A stretch of DNA of 64,000 nucleotides from an uncultured Gemmatimonadaceae bacterium (GTDB lineage: Bacteria; Gemmatimonadota; Gemmatimonadetes; Gemmatimonadales; Gemmatimonadaceae): positions 128,001 through 192,000 of the forward strand of contig CAWHHI010000009.1 in the NCBI GenBank assembly GCA_963829055.1, read 5' to 3'. Numbering within the stretch: the first letter of the stretch is position 1; each line of letters starts with the position of its first letter. The position numbers and the translations under genes are program-made. Below, piece by piece: positions 10,813 through 21,187 of this stretch. The notes below the pieces were generated by a model. It searched no databases. It was not told the DNA's origin and was given only the letters and a program-made list of their open reading frames with translations.

Positions 10813-12813
10813 CTAACGAGCGACACGTCCCTTTACCCGGAAGTCGAGCGCGGTGTCGAACCCGGCGCCCGGCTTGAGTTTGAGTACGACCTCCACCGAC
10901 TCGCTCACCCCGCGCGGCACCAACATGTCCGCGGAGCCGAGCTTTCCGGCGAACGAGACCTCCGGCGACGTGACGGCAGTGCCGGCGGAATCCACTCGCT
11001 CCGCGGTCGGCTGACCAGCCGCATTCAGGATTCCAACGATGTCGAGGCGCACCGGCCCGTAGACCGGCTGTTGCGACACGTTGCGGACCTGCAGCTGCAG
11101 GCGCACCGTCGACTTCGCGGCGTCATAGACCGGTGCGCTCGTCACGACCTCCACCCGGTTGGTCACGTCCGTTTCCGCGAGGTTGGACGGCGGTGCTCCA
11201 GGGGGACCGAGGGTGATGCGGGCGCCGTAGAGCTCCTGGCTGCCGCTCCGGCGGTCGGCCCACACCGCGGCGAACGCTCCGTTGCGGTCGGATGCGAGGC
11301 CCGTATAGTGACCCGCAAACAAGTTGCGGGATCCGTCGAACGACACGATGATGCGGCCGTTCGTTAGGTTCTTGTTGGCCTCGTCGCGCGCGCGGCGCAC
11401 CCACTCCGGGCCCGACACGGCGAAGCGCTCCATCGTCGCGAGCCGCGTGGCGACCGAGTCGGGAGGACGGTTCGGATCGTCGTGCGGACTCAGATTGTGC
11501 ACGTACGCCTCGGGGCCGCGCTGCGGCGGTGGGCAGCTCGAGGCCGACGATACGCGCTGGTTCGCGCTGAATCGCTGCCCGCCATCGGTCGAATACGCGA
11601 ACATGTAGTCCCAGCAGCGTCGCGCCGGGTCGGCTCGGCGGTCGTACCACGCGATGCCCACCGCGCCGTTAGGCGTCACCGCGACCACCGGCGTCATGCG
11701 ATGGTCGGCAACGCCGAGCGGGGCGCCGGACGTGTTGTCGTTGATGCGCAGTGGGCGCGACCACGTGCGGCCCTTGTCGGCGGACTTCGAAAACCAGATA
11801 TCGGATTGCCCGCTCCGCGTATCGTCCCACGTAGCGTACACGTGGTCGCGGTACGGACTCGTCGACGAGGTGTCGGCGACGACAATGGGGAGTGAGAAGG
11901 CCCTCGCGAACTCACCGCGGCGCTCTGGCCAGATGTGCGGGCCGAAGTCGAACACCTGCTCGGGCGGACTGAACGTCTTTGCCCCGTCGGTGGAGCGCCG
12001 CACGAACATCGGGAGCTTGTTGTTGCGCGGGTCGCCGAGCGGGTTCCAGTACTGGTAGTAGGTGACGAGGACCGTGCCGTCGGAGAGCACAACCGGCTCG
12101 GTGGCGACGAGCTTCCCGTCGGGGCGCATGTCGATGAGCATCGGGTCCGTGAAGGTCTTCCCGTTGTCATCGGAGTACTGCAGGAACATCGCATACTGGT
12201 TGCGCACGAAGGAATCGAAAACATCGTTCCAGGCGAGGTACACGCGCCCGCGGTGCGGCCCGTTCGTCATGTCGACGACGAGCCGCGCGTGGTCGGGCTG
12301 CACCGACGGGTGGATCTCGGTGGGCCCGTCCCACGTCCACGCGTCGCCGGTCGTGGTCCAGACGCGGATCGACGATGCTTGCGACGCCTCAGGGCCGCTG
12401 AGCGCGCGCGCGAAGGAGCCGCCGATCACGCACTGCATCACGTAGAAGCGGCCTCCGGGGCCGACGACGACCATCGGGTCGAAGGCACCGGCGGTATAGC
12501 CGGGGAGACGGACGGTGGTCCAGGTGTTGCCGCCGTCGCGCGAGACCATCGTCGACGCATTGCGTCCCCCAACCCCGAGGTCATCGCCGCTCTGCTGCTG
12601 TGCCACGGCGATCATCACGTTCGGGTTGGCGGGGCTGACCGCGACCCACATCTCGTTATGCTGACCCGGGACGAGCCGGATGTTCGGGCCGACGGAGATG
12701 CGCGATGTCGCTGCCGGGCCCGATAACTGAGCCTGCGCGTGGAATGAAGTGAACAGGGTCGCGGCGATGGCCGCAGGAGACATCAGGCGGCGGAGCAATC
12801 CGTACGTGACCAT
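10813..12813 (-). CDS. Secreted BNR/Asp-box (sialidase-like beta-propeller) protein with C-terminal beta-sandwich
   Basis: Five Asp-boxes (SRDGGNTW, SDDNGKTF, STDGAKTF, SADKGRTW, STDGGQRF); signal ending AQAQ. Confidence 0.85.
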   Translation of the reverse strand: MVTYGLLRRLMSPAAIAATLFTSFHAQAQLSGPAATSRISVGPNIRLVPGQHNEMWVAVSPANPNVMIAVAQQQSGDDLGVGGRNASTMVSRDGGNTWTTVRLPGYTAGAFDPMVVVGPGGRFYVMQCVIGGSFARALSGPEASQASSIRVWTTTGDAWTWDGPTEIHPSVQPDHARLVVDMTNGPHRGRVYLAWNDVFDSFVRNQYAMFLQYSDDNGKTFTDPMLIDMRPDGKLVATEPVVLSDGTVLVTYYQYWNPLGDPRNNKLPMFVRRSTDGAKTFSPPEQVFDFGPHIWPERRGEFARAFSLPIVVADTSSTSPYRDHVYATWDDTRSGQSDIWFSKSADKGRTWSRPLRINDNTSGAPLGVADHRMTPVVAVTPNGAVGIAWYDRRADPARRCWDYMFAYSTDGGQRFSANQRVSSASSCPPPQRGPEAYVHNLSPHDDPNRPPDSVATRLATMERFAVSGPEWVRRARDEANKNLTNGRIIVSFDGSRNLFAGHYTGLASDRNGAFAAVWADRRSGSQELYGARITLGPPGAPPSNLAETDVTNRVEVVTSAPVYDAAKSTVRLQLQVRNVSQQPVYGPVRLDIVGILNAAGQPTAERVDSAGTAVTSPEVSFAGKLGSADMLVPRGVSESVEVVLKLKPGAGFDTALDFRVKGRVAR

Positions 12814-12960
12814 GTGCGTGACCCTCGCGATATGCGAATGGCGGACGGGAGAGATAGTTGCCAGACCCATCGCCAATGGCAAGGGCACGTCCGGATACGC
12901 ACCACGCCGCGAGTCATCGGAGCGCAACGATCGTCATGACGCGCCTCGGGATGCAGACGT

Positions 12961-13453
12961 TCAGGGCTTGAGCGGCCCGAGCGGGCTCGGCGCGCATCCG
13001 GTCGGCTCTGCCGTGTACGTCACTGTCGCGATCTTCCAGCCTGACGACCCGCGAACGAGCGTGAACGCATCCACGCCGCAGTGCACGAACTGCCGGTTAC
13101 GGTGGATATCGTACGGCGCCCACACGATCGCGATGGCGCCATGCACCAGCACCGTCGGCTGCCACATGCGCTCGACCAGTGTGTCTCGCATGGTGGCGAG
13201 CTGGCGCACGAAGCCCTCGAACTCGCCGCGCGACACGACCACGCTGTCCGGCCGATACCGCACCGCGTACTGGATGCCGTCCGCGAGCTGAACGCGCCGT
13301 ATGGCGGCCGTGTCGCGCGCTGTCATCGCGCGGAAGAACTCGTTCACGATCGCGACGACGGAATCCTGACTCGCCCGGGACGCCTGCGCGGTGACTCGCG
13401 CCGGCGTTAGGCAGAGGACGACTCCGATGATGGCTCGGATGGCTCGAATGCAT
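12961..13453 (-). CDS. Exported NTF2-like (SnoaL/DUF4440-type) protein; start uncertain, possible indel just after ATG 13453
   Basis: IVNEFFRAMTARDTAAI...AIVWAPYDIH...HCGVDAFTLVR...WKI; hydrophobic signal IIGVVLCL. Confidence 0.75.
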
Positions 13454-13601
13454 GGACGCTCCGGTTGCCGGCCAAGATACTGTCGGAGGTCCACCGCGGC
13501 TATCGAGCGCGTGCTCCAGCAACTGCGCAAGAATCGGGTTGCCTGGTGCCGCGCCGCGCGAGCACTCTGCGGCAGTGCCCACCCATTCTCGAGATTACGT
13601 C

Positions 13602-14108
13602 ATGACTGCCGGCTTCCGCACCGTTCCCATCCCGAGCGATATCGCCGACCGCGCGCGCCGCGAGGGTCGCTCGCCGCAGTACGGTCACCCAGCCCACACC
13701 GAGACGGCTGCTGGTTATGGCCCGTGCCGCCTCTGCCTCGACACGTTCCGCGTCGGTGAGGAGGAGCGGCTCCTCTTCACCTACGACCCCTTCGCGGGGC
13801 TCGACCCATTTCCTGCGCCAGGGCCTGTGTTCGTTCACGCCGCGGGCTGCGCGGCGTTCGCCGCGCCCACCGGATTCGCGGAGTCGCTTCGCGCGCTTCC
13901 GCTCGTGCTGGAGGGATACGCGGCGGGTCGCTGGCTCGTGGCTCGCGAGCCGGTGCTCACCGGCGACGTCGAGGGCGCGACGGCGCGCATCTTCGCGCAC
14001 ACGTCGGTCGCGTACATCCACGTCCGCAATCTGGAAGCGGGTTGTTACATCGCGCGCCTCGAGCGTGTACCGACTGCCAATCCGACGACCGCGGCGATCG
14101 CGGGATAG
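13602..14108 (+). CDS. DUF1203 family protein
   Basis: GPCRLCL, GPVFVH, YIHVRN..GCY pattern. Confidence 0.8.
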   Translation: MTAGFRTVPIPSDIADRARREGRSPQYGHPAHTETAAGYGPCRLCLDTFRVGEEERLLFTYDPFAGLDPFPAPGPVFVHAAGCAAFAAPTGFAESLRALPLVLEGYAAGRWLVAREPVLTGDVEGATARIFAHTSVAYIHVRNLEAGCYIARLERVPTANPTTAAIAG

Positions 14109-14118
14109 CCGAACCGCG

Positions 14119-14586
14119 TTAGGCGGGCAACGAGAGGCCGAGCCATTGCGTGACAGCCCACCGGTGGCTCGGATGCGCGAGCTGCGTGATTGCCTCTTGC
14201 GGAGTCACCCAGACGAGCTCGTGATCCGCCTCGCTGCCGGCAGCGCCGGCGGCGGAGACGCTGACGTCGAGAAACGTGCTGCGCTTCTCGAAATGCGTGT
14301 GCTCCGTCGTCGAGTAGACGAAATCGACTGCACGTGCACTCCACGATCCGACGCGGACGTCGAGTCCACACTCTTCGCGCATCTCGCGCACGACCGCGTC
14401 ATGCGGTGTCTCCCCCGGCTCGATGCCACCACCGGCGAGGAACAGTCCCTGAGGCGTGCGGACAACCGCGATGCGCCCCATGACATCCGCCGCGAGGCCG
14501 TAGGCACTCGGCCTGACTGTCGCCACGGCACCAACCGGCGGATGCCCGAACACTGGAACGTCTCCCCGCTCGGGTAGTCTGGTCAT
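14119..14586 (-). CDS. NUDIX hydrolase
   Basis: Nudix box GGGIEPGETPHDAVVREMREECG. Confidence 0.9.
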   Translation of the reverse strand: MTRLPERGDVPVFGHPPVGAVATVRPSAYGLAADVMGRIAVVRTPQGLFLAGGGIEPGETPHDAVVREMREECGLDVRVGSWSARAVDFVYSTTEHTHFEKRSTFLDVSVSAAGAAGSEADHELVWVTPQEAITQLAHPSHRWAVTQWLGLSLPA

Positions 14587-14620
14587 GCCAGGCCGTGCCT
14601 TCGAATCACGAGAGAGACTG

Positions 14621-14701
14621 GCCCCTCTACCGCTACGATCGCGATTCCTCGACTGCGGCCTGCGGCCTCCGCTCGGAATGACAAACCCGCTCGGAATGAC
14701 A
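14621..14701. repeat. Half copy of the GTCATTCCGAGCG/CGCTCGGAATGAC palindromic (REP-like) element
   Basis: Two CGCTCGGAATGACA ends plus GCGATTCCTCGACT, matching 38109-38281. Confidence 0.8.
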
Positions 14702-14705
14702 ACGC

Positions 14706-16118
14706 CTACGCGATTGGCCCTCCGCTGAGCCGCTTCACCAGCTCGTAGAGGAACGTCTGCCCCTGATAGAACGACTGCACTTTGACTCGTTCGTCGCGAC
14801 CATGGAATCGGATGTCATCGCGATCGTAGAAGATGCCCTGCACCCCATAGGTCGGAATTCCGGCCGGTCGCAGATACATGCCGTCGGTCCCACCCATCAC
14901 CATCATCGGAACCGCCGGAACGCCGGGCCACAGCGAGTTCGTCAAATCGGTGACCGCCGTCATCAGATCGTCGCGCATTGGCGAGGGTGCGCCGCCCTGC
15001 GGCGTGCCCTCGACCGTCACCGTGACCGCGCTGTCCGCGAATACCTGCTTCAGCGCCGACGTGACGTAGTCGACGCGGTCCTCCGGCAGCACTCGGCAGT
15101 TGACGTTGGCCGCCGCGAGCTGTGGCAGCGCGTTCTTCGCGTGCCCGCCCTCGAGCAGCGTCGCGACACACGTCGTGCGCAGCGTCGCGTTCCACGCCGT
15201 GGACGCGCGCGCAACGCGAGTCATCGCCGCGGTGTCTCCGTCGGCCACCTTCGCGAGGTCGGCGCTGATCGCGCCCTTCTCGATCTTCGACATCGCGCGG
15301 AAGTACGCCTTCGTGACGTCGTTGGTCTTGAGTGGGAAACCGAATCGGGACATCCGGTCGAGCGCGCCGGCGAGGTGGTAGATCGCGTTGTCCGCCACGG
15401 GCAGCGAGCTGTGTCCGCCCTTGTTGTGGACCTCGAGCCGGTAGTTGATGACGTACTTCTCGCTCACCTGCACGTCGTTCGAGAGCCGTGTGTCGCCTAA
15501 CGCCTCGCCCCAGCCGCCTTCGTTGAGGCAGAGCTCGGCGTCGATCAACTCCCGTTTGTTCTTGAGCAGCCACTGCGCGCCGTTGTACGGGCCACCGCCT
15601 TCCTCGTCCGCCGTGAGCGCGACGATGATGTCGCGATCGGGCTTGTACCCTTCGCGCTTGTAGCGAATCAGGTTCGCGATCCAGATCGCCGCCTGCGCCT
15701 TGTCGTCACCCACGCCTCGGCCGTAGAAGTAGCCGTCCTTCTCGGTGAGCGTGTACGGGTCCATGCTCCAGTCCTCGCGCTTCGCTTCCACGACATCCGT
15801 GTGCGCGAGCAGGAGGATGGGACGCCGCCGCCCGGTGCCGTGATACCGCACGACGAGATTCGCCTTCGTCGGACTCGCGCCACCGACGAAGATGTCCGCC
15901 GCTGGGAATCCAGCGGCCTTCAATCGCCGAGCGACGGCTTCCGCGAGCGGCGTGGTGGCGCCCGTCGTGTAGCCGGTCTTGATCTCGATCATCTCCTTGT
16001 AGATCGCGCGCGCCAACTGGCGCTCGCTCTCGGGCGGCATGGTGCGATCCTGCGCGGCCGCGGCGGTGGCGGAGAGCACGGCGCAAAGGGCAGCGCGGGC
16101 GACGATGCGGGGAATCAT
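14706..16118 (-). CDS. M20/M25/M40 family metallo-hydrolase, exported
   Basis: LLAHTDVV, GRGVGDDK, ADEEGG, NEGG, GGTD, HGRDE; signal ending AAAAQ. Confidence 0.92.
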   Translation of the reverse strand: MIPRIVARAALCAVLSATAAAAQDRTMPPESERQLARAIYKEMIEIKTGYTTGATTPLAEAVARRLKAAGFPAADIFVGGASPTKANLVVRYHGTGRRRPILLLAHTDVVEAKREDWSMDPYTLTEKDGYFYGRGVGDDKAQAAIWIANLIRYKREGYKPDRDIIVALTADEEGGGPYNGAQWLLKNKRELIDAELCLNEGGWGEALGDTRLSNDVQVSEKYVINYRLEVHNKGGHSSLPVADNAIYHLAGALDRMSRFGFPLKTNDVTKAYFRAMSKIEKGAISADLAKVADGDTAAMTRVARASTAWNATLRTTCVATLLEGGHAKNALPQLAAANVNCRVLPEDRVDYVTSALKQVFADSAVTVTVEGTPQGGAPSPMRDDLMTAVTDLTNSLWPGVPAVPMMVMGGTDGMYLRPAGIPTYGVQGIFYDRDDIRFHGRDERVKVQSFYQGQTFLYELVKRLSGGPIA

Positions 16119-16337
16119 GGAGCGTCCTGGTAAGGGGCCGGTCGGGAACAGTCTGGCACGTCTGGGCGACATGGTGGCAGCACGGCGGGGGATAGCGGGA
16201 GCATAGCATAGCGCTTTCGGCGGGGCATGGCCAGTCGTTAGGCATCCCCTCTCATCACCAAGGGGGCTAATGGTGGAGCCAGCCGTGCGACACCGCGCCT
16301 CCCCACGTGCGGTTCAGTCATACCCGGTTTGGTTTGG

Positions 16338-16366
16338 TTGACACATCCATCCGGACGGGATATTCG
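16338..16366 (+). promoter_or_regulatory. Possible sigma70-type promoter upstream of the second SusC-like gene
   Basis: TTGACA-N17-TATTCG in the intergenic region; the -10 match is imperfect. Confidence 0.35.
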
Positions 16367-16711
16367 TAGCGCCCCGGATCGGTGATCCGCGAAGCAGCAG
16401 CAGCAGGAGCAGGAGAGCGTGCAATGGGTCGACCCACTCGTCCCCATCTGTCAGTACCAAACGCTTCGTTGGTGTGCCCGCACGTGCGCGCGCTCATCGC
16501 GCCGCGTGGCCGGAGCCCACCTCCCCGTGAAAGCGGACTCGACGGGCCACAGGCAAACGGCCCGTGTCCGACGCGAGCGTCCGGACGACACCCCGACGTT
16601 CGTGCCTAACGTGGACAAGGCATTGCCACTGACGACCGGTACGCGTACGCGAACGAGGGATGCAGGTGCAGTTGAGAAACCCCATTCCCAGTTGTGTGGA
16701 AGGAGGATGTG

Positions 16712-19597
16712 ATGCACGATCGCGGTCATTCGGGATTGATAGTCAGAACGGCGGTAGTACTCCTTGCTTGCGTGGCGCCACCCGCACTCGCCCAGACGGG
16801 ATCCGTCACCGGCACCGTGGTAGAGGCCAGCGGCGGCCGCCCCATCGTGGGTGCACAAGTGTCCGTGAGAGGCACCGGTCTCGCGACACAAGCCGGTGAA
16901 GGCGGCAGGTTCACGATCGCGAACATCCCAGCGGGGCCGCACGTCATTGCGGTTCGTCAGATCGGGTTCGCCGCCGGGGAGAAGCCGGTCACGATCGTAG
17001 CCGGCCAACGAGACACGGTCGACTTCGCGCTCGCCGCGCAGGCGGTCTCATTGCACGAGGTCGTCGTCACGGGGACAGCGACGGCGACGGAAGTTCGCAA
17101 AGTCGGAAACTCGGTGGCGAGCCTGAACGTGACCGACATCGCCGAGAAGGCACCGATTCTCAGCGTCGATCAGTTGCTCAAGGGACGCACCGCCGGCGTG
17201 ATCATGAACGTCACGCAGGGGTCGGTCGGCACATCGGGACAGATCAAGATTCGCGGTACGAAGTCGATCTCGCTGCCGAGCGATCCCGCGCTCTACATCG
17301 ATGGCGTGAAGGTCAACAACGCCGAAGACCGCGCGTTCTTCATCGGCGGCGCCGGGATCAACCGCATCGGGGACATCAACCCCTCCGACATCGACCGCAT
17401 CGAGGTGGTACGCGGTGCGGCGGCCGCAACGCTCTATGGGACGCAGGGCTCGAACGGGGTGATCCAGATCTTCACGAAGAGGGGGCGCACCGGAAAGCCG
17501 GAGTGGCTCTTCGAAGGAGAAGGCGGCTTCGAGCGGGCACCAACGAATCGCTTCCCGGGGCGGCTCTGGACGCAGTTCACCGGGCCGAACGGGTTCCAGG
17601 CTCACGACCCGAAGGAGATCGTGGGCAACGGCCGCTACGAACGCTATCTGGCGCAGGTGTCCGGGGGCGGGGAAGCCGTCACCTACTTCACTTCGCTGAA
17701 CTATCAGGGCCAGGAGGCGTCGATCGCGCCTGACGCGAACTGGAGCCACGTGCTCGGATCGCGCGTCAATCTGAATGCGATCCTGACGCCGAAGTTGTCG
17801 CTGTCGGCGCGGACCGCCTTCACGTTCAACAAGCTCCGTATCAACGACACCGACAATGCGCTGCACGGTCTCTACTCGCAGGTCGTGGCCGGCCTGCCCT
17901 ATAGCGCGGCGCCGGACCGGCTGTGGGGGGAACGGTTCGGCAATTTCTACGCGAATCAGACCGTCGAGAACATCCGGCACACGCTGCGGAACACGACCGG
18001 CATCACGGGCGAGTGGCGGCCGCGCACGAACTTCACGCATTCGGCCACGTTAGGCATCGACTGGTTCGACGATGAGTTCCTGAAGTACTTCCCGTACGCC
18101 TATCAGGGGTCGGGGAACAAGCTCGGCTCCAAGACCAACGCCACCCGCTCGTTCCGCGAGGTCACGTTCGACTACAAGACGTCGCTCAGCAACACGCTCG
18201 CGCAGTGGGCGACGTCCGAGCTGTCGGTGGGTGCGCAGGGCGACTTCCAGTCGCAGAACCGCGTGACGGGGATCGGGACGGACTTCCCGGCTCCCGGCGT
18301 GCGCACCGTTTCCGCCGCGGCGACGCGAACCGCCACGGAGGATCGTCTCGAGACGACGAACGCCGGCCTGTTCCTTCAGGAGACGGTCGGACTGTGGGAC
18401 AAGGTGTTCGTCACGGGCGGACTGCGGATCGATGGCAACTCGGCGTTCGGAAACGATTTCAAGTACCAGACGTACCCGAAGGCGTCGCTCGCGTACTCGA
18501 TCTCGGACGAGCGCTTCTGGCCCACCTCGGTGGTGCCCACAATGAAGTTGCGCGTGGCGTACGGCACGTCGGGGCAGGCGCCCGCGCAGTTCGCCGCCGA
18601 CCGCACCTACACACCGACGTCGGCCCAAAACGGCCAGCCCGCTGTCACTCCCAACAACCTCGGCGATCCGAACCTCGGGCCGGAAACATCGAGCGAGCTC
18701 GAGTTCGGCTTCGACGCGGGATTTCTGGGTGATCGCGTCGGTATCGAGTTCACTGGATACTACCAGACCACTAACGACGCGCTGATTCGCAAGCCGGAGC
18801 CGCCGTCGCTCGGCTTCCTGAATTCGCAGCTGACGAACATCGGTCAGACGAAGAGCCACGGGATCGAGCTCGCCGTTAACGGGTTCCTCCTCCGCCGAAA
18901 GGACATGGAGTGGAGCTCGCGCGTGAACTTCGCGACGTTCACGAGTGAGATCACCGACATGGGCGGAGTCGCGCCGTTCTTCGTGAACGATGCGCGCATC
19001 GTCCAGGGCTACCCGGTCAACGCGATCTGGCGCATCCCACTGCAGAGTTGGGACCCCGTCACGCGACGGCACACCGCCGCGATCGACCGTGTGTTCGCCG
19101 GTTCCATCGATCCGAAGTGGTTCGGTTCACTCTCGACCAACTACCGGCTCGGCCGCTTCACGGTCACCGGCATGGCCGACTTCCAGGGCGGCAACAAGAA
19201 GATCGACTTCTCGCACTACTGGGACACGCGGGTCCGATCCGGCGACCACTACCTGTCGCTCGTCGAGAAGCCGACGGGAAAGCCGACGCCCGCTGCGGAC
19301 TCGCTCGTCGACTACGTGAACACGATCGGCAGCACGGTATTCGTCGAACCGGGGGACTTCATCTCGCTGAGCGAGCTGGCGCTGAGCTACAGCATCCCTG
19401 ATGGGTTGATCCGCAGCACCGGATTCCGGGGAGCGAGCCTGCGCCTCTCCGGCCGCAACCTCTACCTCTGGACGAAGTTCCCCGGCGTGGATCCGCGGTT
19501 GGCCTGGCAGGGCAACGTCCCGGTGGGCGGTAGCTCGGACTTCGATTCTCCGCCGGTACCGCGAGTCTTCCTCATCACCGTGCGGGCGTCCCGATGA
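16712..19597 (+). CDS. SusC/RagA-like TonB-dependent transporter
   Basis: AQTGSVTGTVV, IDRIEVVRGAAAATLYGTQGSNGVIQIFTKRG, GDPNLGPETSSE; GGAGG RBS. Confidence 0.93.
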   Translation: MHDRGHSGLIVRTAVVLLACVAPPALAQTGSVTGTVVEASGGRPIVGAQVSVRGTGLATQAGEGGRFTIANIPAGPHVIAVRQIGFAAGEKPVTIVAGQRDTVDFALAAQAVSLHEVVVTGTATATEVRKVGNSVASLNVTDIAEKAPILSVDQLLKGRTAGVIMNVTQGSVGTSGQIKIRGTKSISLPSDPALYIDGVKVNNAEDRAFFIGGAGINRIGDINPSDIDRIEVVRGAAAATLYGTQGSNGVIQIFTKRGRTGKPEWLFEGEGGFERAPTNRFPGRLWTQFTGPNGFQAHDPKEIVGNGRYERYLAQVSGGGEAVTYFTSLNYQGQEASIAPDANWSHVLGSRVNLNAILTPKLSLSARTAFTFNKLRINDTDNALHGLYSQVVAGLPYSAAPDRLWGERFGNFYANQTVENIRHTLRNTTGITGEWRPRTNFTHSATLGIDWFDDEFLKYFPYAYQGSGNKLGSKTNATRSFREVTFDYKTSLSNTLAQWATSELSVGAQGDFQSQNRVTGIGTDFPAPGVRTVSAAATRTATEDRLETTNAGLFLQETVGLWDKVFVTGGLRIDGNSAFGNDFKYQTYPKASLAYSISDERFWPTSVVPTMKLRVAYGTSGQAPAQFAADRTYTPTSAQNGQPAVTPNNLGDPNLGPETSSELEFGFDAGFLGDRVGIEFTGYYQTTNDALIRKPEPPSLGFLNSQLTNIGQTKSHGIELAVNGFLLRRKDMEWSSRVNFATFTSEITDMGGVAPFFVNDARIVQGYPVNAIWRIPLQSWDPVTRRHTAAIDRVFAGSIDPKWFGSLSTNYRLGRFTVTGMADFQGGNKKIDFSHYWDTRVRSGDHYLSLVEKPTGKPTPAADSLVDYVNTIGSTVFVEPGDFISLSELALSYSIPDGLIRSTGFRGASLRLSGRNLYLWTKFPGVDPRLAWQGNVPVGGSSDFDSPPVPRVFLITVRASR

Positions 19598-19641
19598 TGA
19601 TCAATCCCTCAACGAGCCCTCGCTGCACAGAGGATCACGTC

Positions 19642-20886
19642 ATGACGCTTGAATCCCCGATTCGATCCCCGATTCGATCTCCGAAGGTCGTGCGACGCCT
19701 GCTTGGCTTCCTCTCGCTGGCGCTCACGTTAGGCGCCTGCAAGGATATCCTCGAGGTGAGCAACGAGCAGGACATTCTCGACCAGAACCTCGACTCGCCC
19801 GAAGCGGTGACGCCGCTCATGAACGGCGTGATCGGCGACTATGCGCTCGCCTACGCGTATTCGATCGACATCGTCGGGCTGTTCGGGCAGGAGCTCATTC
19901 ATACCGGCTCGTTCCCGACGTGGCGTGAGGTGGAGAGCGGGATCGGCACGCGCCCCAGCGCGGAGGCCAACACGGTCTACCGGAACGCCTCGCGTGCGGT
20001 CTGGGTGGCTGACACCGCCGCGGTCCGCTTTCGCAAGGCGCTGCCTGATGCCGAGAAGCGCTTCGAGCTGGCGACCGTGCTGGTGTGGGGCGGATTCGCC
20101 CACTTCCAGCTGGCCGACAACTTCTGCGAGGTCACGTTCCACGGCGGTCCACCGGTCACGCCGAAGGCCGCGTACGAGCGCGCCAGGGGAATCTTCGACG
20201 ACGCGCTCACGGTGGCCACCGCGGCCAACCGGGCCGAGTTGCGGAGCGCGGCGTTAGGCGGCCGGGCCAGGGTGAAGCTCATGCTCGGCGATTTCGCCGG
20301 GGCGCGCGCCGACGCACAGCAGGTCCCGGTGGGCTTCGTGCTCCGCGCACTGTACGGCAATAACACGCGCGAGAACAATGCGGTGGCGATCAATGCCACC
20401 ACGCTGATTCGCCGGGAGGCCGGCGTGAACCCGCGTTTCTACAAGGGCGATCCGCGTTACAAGACGGACCCGCGCACGTCGTTCCGCGACAAGGGCGATA
20501 CGGCGAAGGGTCCCGATCCGACGCGACAGTTCGTGGAGCAGCTCAAGTACCCGGCCCGGGATACGCCGATTCCGGTGTTCACATGGCAGGAGGCGCGCTT
20601 GATCGAGGCCGAGGCGGAGATCCGGTTGAACAACCCGACGCGCGCGGTGACGTTGATCAACCTGGTGCGCGCCGCGGCGAACCTTCCGGCGTACACGGGG
20701 CCGGCGACCCAACAGGCGGTGCTGGACCAGCTCATCTACGAGCGATCAGCGGAGCTGTGGCTTCAGGCGCAGAGTCTCAACGACTGGCGGAGGTTCAATC
20801 TCACGTTCACGCCGCAGCCGAGAGACAAGTGCTTCGAGATCGGCCAGTCGGAGTGGGAGACCAACCCGAACCTCGGCGCGAAGTAG
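19642..20886 (+). CDS. SusD/RagB-like lipoprotein
   Basis: Lipobox LGAC; EARLIEAEA, INLVRAAANL, ERSAELWLQAQSLNDWRR. Confidence 0.88.
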   Translation: MTLESPIRSPIRSPKVVRRLLGFLSLALTLGACKDILEVSNEQDILDQNLDSPEAVTPLMNGVIGDYALAYAYSIDIVGLFGQELIHTGSFPTWREVESGIGTRPSAEANTVYRNASRAVWVADTAAVRFRKALPDAEKRFELATVLVWGGFAHFQLADNFCEVTFHGGPPVTPKAAYERARGIFDDALTVATAANRAELRSAALGGRARVKLMLGDFAGARADAQQVPVGFVLRALYGNNTRENNAVAINATTLIRREAGVNPRFYKGDPRYKTDPRTSFRDKGDTAKGPDPTRQFVEQLKYPARDTPIPVFTWQEARLIEAEAEIRLNNPTRAVTLINLVRAAANLPAYTGPATQQAVLDQLIYERSAELWLQAQSLNDWRRFNLTFTPQPRDKCFEIGQSEWETNPNLGAK

Positions 20887-20899
20887 CCGCTGCGACGGG

Positions 20900-20979
20900 A
20901 ATTGGGGTCAGACTCGAGTCTGACCCCAATTACGTAGCAACAGAATGATACAGACGGGGTCAGACTCGAGTCTGACCCC
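20900..20979. repeat. Two perfect loopless palindromes (32 bp and 24 bp)
   Basis: AATTGGGGTCAGACTCGAGTCTGACCCCAATT at 20900-20931 and GGGGTCAGACTCGAGTCTGACCCC at 20956-20979. Confidence 0.9.
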
Positions 20980-21187
20980 AACTCGCACGGTCTCCTCGGC
21001 ACATACCATAGGGCGCGGTCCGCGGCGGCCGACGCCTAACGTTTGGCGCCGGGCCGCTGGCCGGGCGTGAGCACAGCCGCCCGCAGGGTCGGCGGGGACC
21101 AGTGACGTCCGATGCGCGAGGGCGTCGGAGACAGTATGTTCTCGTCTCCGACGCCCCACCGCCATCGATGATGCCAGGACACCCGCC

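Noticed and set aside
16240..16700. Riboswitch or ncRNA in the long leader of the second SusC-like gene
   Set aside because: I could not recognise cobalamin, TPP or other conserved riboswitch motifs; an Rfam search would be needed.
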